This document shows positions 59,261 through 64,000 of a DNA stretch of 64,000 bases, piece after piece (positions within the stretch are counted from its first letter, which is position 1; every line of letters begins with the position of its first letter). The position numbers were made by a program, and so were the translations under genes. Source of the stretch: an uncultured Acidobacteriota bacterium (GTDB lineage Bacteria > Actinomycetota > Acidimicrobiia > Spongiisociales > ZC4RG35); assembly GCA_963828465.1 (NCBI GenBank), contig CAWHEU010000022.1:160001-224000 (forward strand), given 5' to 3'. Under the pieces are notes generated by a model. That model worked only from the letters and a program-made list of their open reading frames with translations, searched no databases and was not told the origin of the DNA.

Positions 59261-60474
59261 GATCCGACCCCGAACAGCTCGCCCGCCCTTCGGAGGCCAC
59301 CGATCAAAGCGTCGATGTCCTCCTCTGTGTTGTAGACGTAGAAGCTGGCCCGGGCCGTCGCCGCCACCCCGAGTCGACGCATCAGGGGCTTGGCGCAGTG
59401 GTGTCCGGAGCGGACAGCAACCCCTCCTTCGTCGAGGATGGTGGCCAAGTCGTGCGCGTGAACCCCGTCCATGGACATCGAGATCACTCCACCCCTGTCC
59501 TCGAGGTTGGTCGGCCCCTGTATCTGCAGGCCTGGGACGTCGCTGAGGCGGTCGAGTGCGATTTCGGTGAGCTCCAGGTCGTGCGCCAGAACCTGATCCA
59601 TTCCGATCGACTCCAGGTAGTCGACCGCGGCGTGGAGACCGACCGCCTCGATGATGGGAGGAGTTCCTGCCTCGAAGCGATGTGGGATCTCGGCCCAGGT
59701 TGCATCGTGGAGAGTCACGTCGGAGATCATCTCGCCGCCGCCTTCGAACGGCTCGGTCTCTTCGAGTGCCTCCATCTTGCCCCAGAGGACGCCGATCCCG
59801 GTGGGACCCAGCATCTTGTGAGAGGAGAACGCGATGAAGTCGGCGCCGAGAGCTTCGACATCGACCGATGAGTGAGGGACGAGTTGAGCGGCGTCGACCA
59901 CGACGCGAGCGCCGTGACGATGGGCCAGGTCGGAGATGAACCGGATCGGGGGCAGGATCCCGAGGACATTGGACATCCCGGTGACGGCCACGATCTTCAC
60001 GTCGGGCCCGAGCTTTTCCTCGTAGGCGGCGAGATCCAGCCTGAAATCATCGGTCATGGGGATGTGGTCGAGGGTGGCACCGGTTCGTTTGGCCACCATC
60101 TGCCAGGGCACGAGATTGGCGTGGTGCTCTATCTCAGTGCTGAGGATTCGATCGCCTGGCCCGAGATGCTCCAGTCCCCACCCGAAGGCGACGGTGTTGA
60201 GTGCAGTGGTTGCTCCCCGGGTGAACACGACCTCTCTCGGGTCGGTAGCGCCGATGAAGCCGGCAACACGCTCCCGGGCCGCCTCATAGGCCTCGGTCGA
60301 AGCAACGGAGAGCTTGTAAGCGCCACGGTGGACATTGGCATAGGAGGTCCGGGCGAAGCGGTCCATTGCCTCCAACACGGGAATCGGCTTCTGCGACGAC
60401 GCACCTGAGTCGAGGAAATGGACCCCATTGGCGAGGACCGGGAAGTCGGCTTTCAGATGCGAGAGGTCTGTCAC
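59257..60474 (-). CDS. sufS: Cysteine desulfurase
   Basis: LDSGASSQKP, EHHANLVPW, SSHKMLGPTG, RSGHHCA. Confidence 0.94.
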   Translation of the reverse strand: MTDLSHLKADFPVLANGVHFLDSGASSQKPIPVLEAMDRFARTSYANVHRGAYKLSVASTEAYEAARERVAGFIGATDPREVVFTRGATTALNTVAFGWGLEHLGPGDRILSTEIEHHANLVPWQMVAKRTGATLDHIPMTDDFRLDLAAYEEKLGPDVKIVAVTGMSNVLGILPPIRFISDLAHRHGARVVVDAAQLVPHSSVDVEALGADFIAFSSHKMLGPTGIGVLWGKMEALEETEPFEGGGEMISDVTLHDATWAEIPHRFEAGTPPIIEAVGLHAAVDYLESIGMDQVLAHDLELTEIALDRLSDVPGLQIQGPTNLEDRGGVISMSMDGVHAHDLATILDEGGVAVRSGHHCAKPLMRRLGVAATARASFYVYNTEEDIDALIGGLRRAGELFGVGS

Positions 60475-60476
60475 GT

Positions 60477-61232
60477 CTAGGTCAACACCGTCCGGAACGA
60501 ATCGTATCCCTCTTGTTCGAGCCTGCCCGCAAGCTCAGGACCGCCGCTCTCCAGTACCCGGCCGTCCATGAAGATGTGGACCCGGTCAGGGGTCACGTAG
60601 TCGAGCAGGCGCTGATAGTGGGTGATGATCAGAAACCCGCGGTCAGGCCCGGTGAGCTTGTTGACCCCGTCGGCGACGGTTCGAAGGGCGTCGATGTCGA
60701 GCCCGGAGTCGGTCTCGTCCATGATGGCGAGGTCGGGCTTCAGCACCGCCATCTGGAGGACCTCGTTTCGCTTCCGCTCGCCGCCCGAGAATCCCTCGTT
60801 GAGGTAGCGATCGGCGAAGGAGCTCTCCATGCCGAGTTCCTTCATGGCGTCCATCACCTTGAGCCGCAGCTCGAGGACGGTCAGGTCGACACCGGTGCGG
60901 TTGGACAGGGCCTGGCGGAGGAACTGGATCACCGACACGCCCGGGATCGCCTCCGGGTGCTGGAAGGCGAGGAACATCCCGGCGGCGCCCCTCCGACTGG
61001 CGCTGACCGCGGTCATGTCCTCACCCTTGTAGAGAATGCGGCCCGCCGTCACCTTGTAGATGGGGTGACCCATGAGGACATTTGCGAGGGTCGACTTCCC
61101 CGACCCGTTGGGACCCATGAGTGCGTGAATTTCGCCTTCATCGACGGTCAGGTCCACCCCTTTGAGGATCTCGATGTCCCCTACACCGGCGCGAAGTCCC
61201 TCGATCTGAAGGAGGGGAGTGGTCTCGCTCAC
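60477..61232 (-). CDS. sufC: Fe-S cluster assembly ATPase SufC (paralogue 2)
   Basis: MGPNGSGKSTL, FQHPEAIPGV, NEGFSGGERKRNE, DETDSGLDIDAL, ITHYQRLL. GTG 61232 lies 7 nt after TACCAT. Confidence 0.92.
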   Translation of the reverse strand: MSETTPLLQIEGLRAGVGDIEILKGVDLTVDEGEIHALMGPNGSGKSTLANVLMGHPIYKVTAGRILYKGEDMTAVSASRRGAAGMFLAFQHPEAIPGVSVIQFLRQALSNRTGVDLTVLELRLKVMDAMKELGMESSFADRYLNEGFSGGERKRNEVLQMAVLKPDLAIMDETDSGLDIDALRTVADGVNKLTGPDRGFLIITHYQRLLDYVTPDRVHIFMDGRVLESGGPELAGRLEQEGYDSFRTVLT

Positions 61233-61239
61233 ACCCACA

Positions 61240-61270
61240 ATGGTATTTGCACTATTCCCATAGGGGAAAT
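61240..61270 (-). promoter_or_regulatory. suf operator copy 2 overlapping a TACCAT -10
   Basis: Minus strand ATTT-CCC-CTAT-GGGA-ATAG-TGC-AAAT-ACCATT. Confidence 0.7.
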
Positions 61271-61278
61271 GCAATTGG

Positions 61279-61764
61279 TCACTCGCTCAGATCCCCCCAG
61301 ACGGGCTTGGCGAGACGGTCGAGATCGGTGAGCGAGATTGGGAAGACGGTGGTCGGCGTGCCGGCGGCCGCCCACACCGGGTCGTTGCGGCGGAGTTGAT
61401 TGTCGGCGAATACTCGGAGCGGGGTGACATGGCCGAACGGTGGTGTCCCACCCGCGGCGTAGCCGGTCGCAGCGCGGGCCTCGTCGAGTGTTGCTCGTCT
61501 CGAGCCGGTTACGCCGGCCGCATCCGCCAGCTTCACCGTGTCCAGTCGCAGGTCACCGGGAATCAGGGCCGCCACCGGCTCCTCGGAGGCATCGGGACTG
61601 ATCAGGACGAACACCAGGGACTTGACGATGGCCGAGACTGGGCACCCGATGGCTCTCGCCGCATCCTCCGCGGTCTTCGTACCCTCCGGGAAGACCCGGG
61701 TCTCCATCTCGAAATCGGCGATCGAAGCGGCGAGGCGCCGGCTCGCCTCGGGGAGGTCGCTCAA
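61279..61764 (-). CDS. YbaK/EbsC family aminoacyl-tRNA editing protein
   Basis: TAEDAARAIGC, IVKSLVF, TGYAAGGTPPFGH, WAAAGTP. TTG overlaps the upstream stop. Confidence 0.88.
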   Translation of the reverse strand: MSDLPEASRRLAASIADFEMETRVFPEGTKTAEDAARAIGCPVSAIVKSLVFVLISPDASEEPVAALIPGDLRLDTVKLADAAGVTGSRRATLDEARAATGYAAGGTPPFGHVTPLRVFADNQLRRNDPVWAAAGTPTTVFPISLTDLDRLAKPVWGDLSE

Positions 61765-62669
61765 TCTCGCACCAGCTCGATCATGCGCGCCAGACCGTCG
61801 TAGTCGGTGAGATCCAGCCACTGGAGGTACAGCCGCTCGACACCGGCCTCCTCGAGTGCTGCGATCTTCTCCCTCAACTGAGGCGGGGTGCCGAACAGCA
61901 CTCCCGACTTCTCCCAACGAGAGGTCAACTCATCGTGCGTGATGTTGCGGCGCCCCGCCGCCGCTGAGAGCAGGTCGGCCAGGTCGGCGTCGGTGCCCGC
62001 CGCAGTCACTGCCCCCATCATGGTGACCTCGACCCTTCTTTCACCGGCGGCCTCACGCATCACCTGGATCTTCTCCCTCGCCTCGTCGACCGGGCACATG
62101 AAGACGTTGTACTCGTCGGCCCTTGTCCCGGCCAAGGTGGGAGTGCGTCGGGGACCGCCACCACCGATGATCAGACGGATCCCTGTTGGCTTCGGACGCA
62201 TATCGAAATCGAGGCTGTAGAACCGGCCGTCATGCCTGCCTTGCCCGTCGCCAAACGCTGCCTCCAGATAGTCGAGGGCGTCTTCGAAGCGGGCCCACCG
62301 CTCCGCGTCCTCGGGGAAGGGGATCCCCAGGGCGTCGTGTTCGAAGTCGTTCCAGCCGGTGCCGACGCCGAGATCGAATCGGCCGCCCGACATCTGATCG
62401 ATGGTCGCCGCATTCTTGGCGATGATGGCCGGGTGGCGGAACGTGATCGGCGTCACCAGCACGGCAAGCCGCACCGTTGCGGTGTCCCGGGCGAGACCAC
62501 CCATGGTGGCGAAGGCGTCGGTCGCGTCCGGAGCCGGCTCCCGCTCCCAGGCGAGATGATCGGACCGTGCGAAGGAGTAGAGGCCCTCGGATTCGGCGAG
62601 GCGCGCCACCCGCAACAACTCGTCGTATGTGCCACCCATCTGGGGCTCGGTCATGATGGAGAAGAGCAC
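61761..62669 (-). CDS. LLM class (probably F420-dependent) oxidoreductase
   Basis: EPQMGGTY, RSDH, TFRHP, DQMSGGRFDLGVGTGW. Confidence 0.88.
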   Translation of the reverse strand: MLFSIMTEPQMGGTYDELLRVARLAESEGLYSFARSDHLAWEREPAPDATDAFATMGGLARDTATVRLAVLVTPITFRHPAIIAKNAATIDQMSGGRFDLGVGTGWNDFEHDALGIPFPEDAERWARFEDALDYLEAAFGDGQGRHDGRFYSLDFDMRPKPTGIRLIIGGGGPRRTPTLAGTRADEYNVFMCPVDEAREKIQVMREAAGERRVEVTMMGAVTAAGTDADLADLLSAAAGRRNITHDELTSRWEKSGVLFGTPPQLREKIAALEEAGVERLYLQWLDLTDYDGLARMIELVRD

Positions 62670-62671
62670 CG

Positions 62672-63697
62672 CTAATCCTCGACCTCGATGGTGAATCCCT
62701 CCTTGGCCAGGGCCGCCTTCAGGGTCTCCGCCTCCCCGGGCCGGACCGAGAGGCTGAGGACGCCGCCACCACCGTGGACGGCGTGTCTGAGCTGGAGGTC
62801 CCGCACATCGACCTTGCTGGTCTGAAGAGCGTGGCCGACGGCTGCGATCTCACCCGGTCGGTCCTGCAGGACCACCTGGACCATCGCCACAGGTGGAGCC
62901 ATGGCTCCGCGTCGCGCTCGGGCATCCTCCAGCTGCTCGGCCAGACCATCCATGTCGCCGGAGACGACCCGCGACCTGAGGTCCTCGAGGCTGGCCACGA
63001 GGTCGTCGATGGCCGACGTCACCGATTCGGAGTTCGAGGTGAGGACCTCCGGCCACCACGACGATTCGGCCGATGCCACCCGGGTCAGGTCGCGAAAGCT
63101 GCCCGACACCAGATCGACGGCATCGGGCTTGCGCGAGATCGTGTTGACCAGGGTCACCGCCAGCAGATAAGGGAGGTGTGAGACCGAGGCGACAACCTCG
63201 TCGTGCCGTCGCGCCGACATCACGATCGGATTGGCTCCGGTAGATCCCACGATCGTGGTCATCCGTTCGACGTCCTCATCTGAAGCGCCGTCGTCACAGA
63301 TCACCCACGGTGCGCCGCGGAACAGAGCGGCGGACGCCGCCTCGGGCCCGGCATGCTCGCGTCCCGCCATGGGATGACCTCCTACGAAACGGACCCCGTT
63401 GCGGGCAGCACCCAGCATGGGCACCTTGATGCTGGTGACATCGGTGACCAGCGCTCCCGTCTCGAGGAGGGCCAGGGTCTCGAGGTTGGCGTGGAGTGGT
63501 CCGGCGAGGACGACCAGGTCGGCTCCGTCGACGGCGTCGGCGACCGAGTCTGCGATGTCCGTGGCGTGCCTCGCCGCCGACAGCTCCAGGGCCACCGGCG
63601 AGGGATCCCAGCCGACCGATCCCCAACCCTGCTCCCGGAGGGCGAGGCCGACCGATGCACCGATGAGCCCGGTCCCGAGGATGGCGACGTTGGGCAC
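62672..63697 (-). CDS. tyrA: Prephenate/arogenate dehydrogenase with C-terminal ACT domain
   Basis: GTGLIG, TDVTSIK, GGHPMAGRE, SHLP, FRDLTRVA, DRPG. Confidence 0.9.
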   Translation of the reverse strand: MPNVAILGTGLIGASVGLALREQGWGSVGWDPSPVALELSAARHATDIADSVADAVDGADLVVLAGPLHANLETLALLETGALVTDVTSIKVPMLGAARNGVRFVGGHPMAGREHAGPEAASAALFRGAPWVICDDGASDEDVERMTTIVGSTGANPIVMSARRHDEVVASVSHLPYLLAVTLVNTISRKPDAVDLVSGSFRDLTRVASAESSWWPEVLTSNSESVTSAIDDLVASLEDLRSRVVSGDMDGLAEQLEDARARRGAMAPPVAMVQVVLQDRPGEIAAVGHALQTSKVDVRDLQLRHAVHGGGGVLSLSVRPGEAETLKAALAKEGFTIEVED

Positions 63698-63699
63698 GA

Positions 63700-64000
63700 T
63701 CAGGGCCTGTAGGCGTCGAGGATGATGTCGAAATCCTCAGGATTTCGAAGGAACATTTGGGGGTAGAAGCGCTGGCAGCCGGCCTCCTCGAGGGCGCCCA
63801 GCATCTCGGCCGCCTTCGAGCCCGAGCCGTGGGGGTAGCCCCGCTCCTCGTAGACCTGCTCGATGTGCTTCGGCGTCGACCTCGTCCGCTCGGCGAGCAT
63901 CGCCAGCAGCCGCCGATAGTCGGATTCCTTCCGGGCGGCCACCGCAGGACACGCCGTCGAGAACAAGATCGACCCGGGATCACGGCCCGCCTCGGCTGCC
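63700..64000 (-). CDS. C-terminal part of a probable second LLM class oxidoreductase (runs off right edge)
   Basis: AAEAGRDPGSILFS...LGALEEAGCQRFYPQ resembles the C-terminus of the neighbouring LLM protein. Confidence 0.6.
   Translation of the reverse strand, partial: AAEAGRDPGSILFSTACPAVAARKESDYRRLLAMLAERTRSTPKHIEQVYEERGYPHGSGSKAAEMLGALEEAGCQRFYPQMFLRNPEDFDIILDAYRP

Overview
High-GC bacterial DNA, most likely Actinomycetota and plausibly Acidimicrobiia. This is inferred from the gene repertoire (DevR/DevS-like pair, GerMN/Gmad2 protein, F420-type LLM enzymes, SufU) and from frequent leaderless -10/start spacing. No rRNA, tRNA, CRISPR array or intact mobile element is visible. Layout: (1) 1-27.5 kb is an amine/polyamine catabolic island with CocE hydrolase, flavin amine oxidase, two ALDHs, acyl-CoA dehydrogenase, Rieske oxygenase, class III aminotransferase, two Pot/Ydc-like ABC importers, TetR, ADP-forming CoA ligase, crotonase, APC permease and a GlnA4-like gamma-glutamylation module. 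A CTGAAC-N4-GTTCAG palindrome at five promoters ties it together, and a WYL/operator/small-protein/GNAT cassette interrupts it. (2) 27.5-42.8 kb holds signalling and envelope genes: STAND-type cyclase with a divergent cNMP-binding protein, an OmpR two-component system with direct-repeat boxes, an ECF sigma/anti-sigma pair, GNATs, a VOC pseudogene and a candidate anti-SD sRNA. (3) 42.8-50.8 kb is a DevR/DosR-like locus with a DosR-type box, a cupredoxin-fused two-domain multicopper oxidase, a small Zn-ribbon protein and a group-2 sigma. (4) 50.9-64 kb holds two convergent partial suf operons, each with its own sufC and a shared palindromic operator, flanking a peptidase, fumC and xseAB, followed by YbaK, LLM enzymes and tyrA. 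About ten frameshifts, nearly all single-base +1 insertions, split otherwise intact genes and are most likely sequencing errors.
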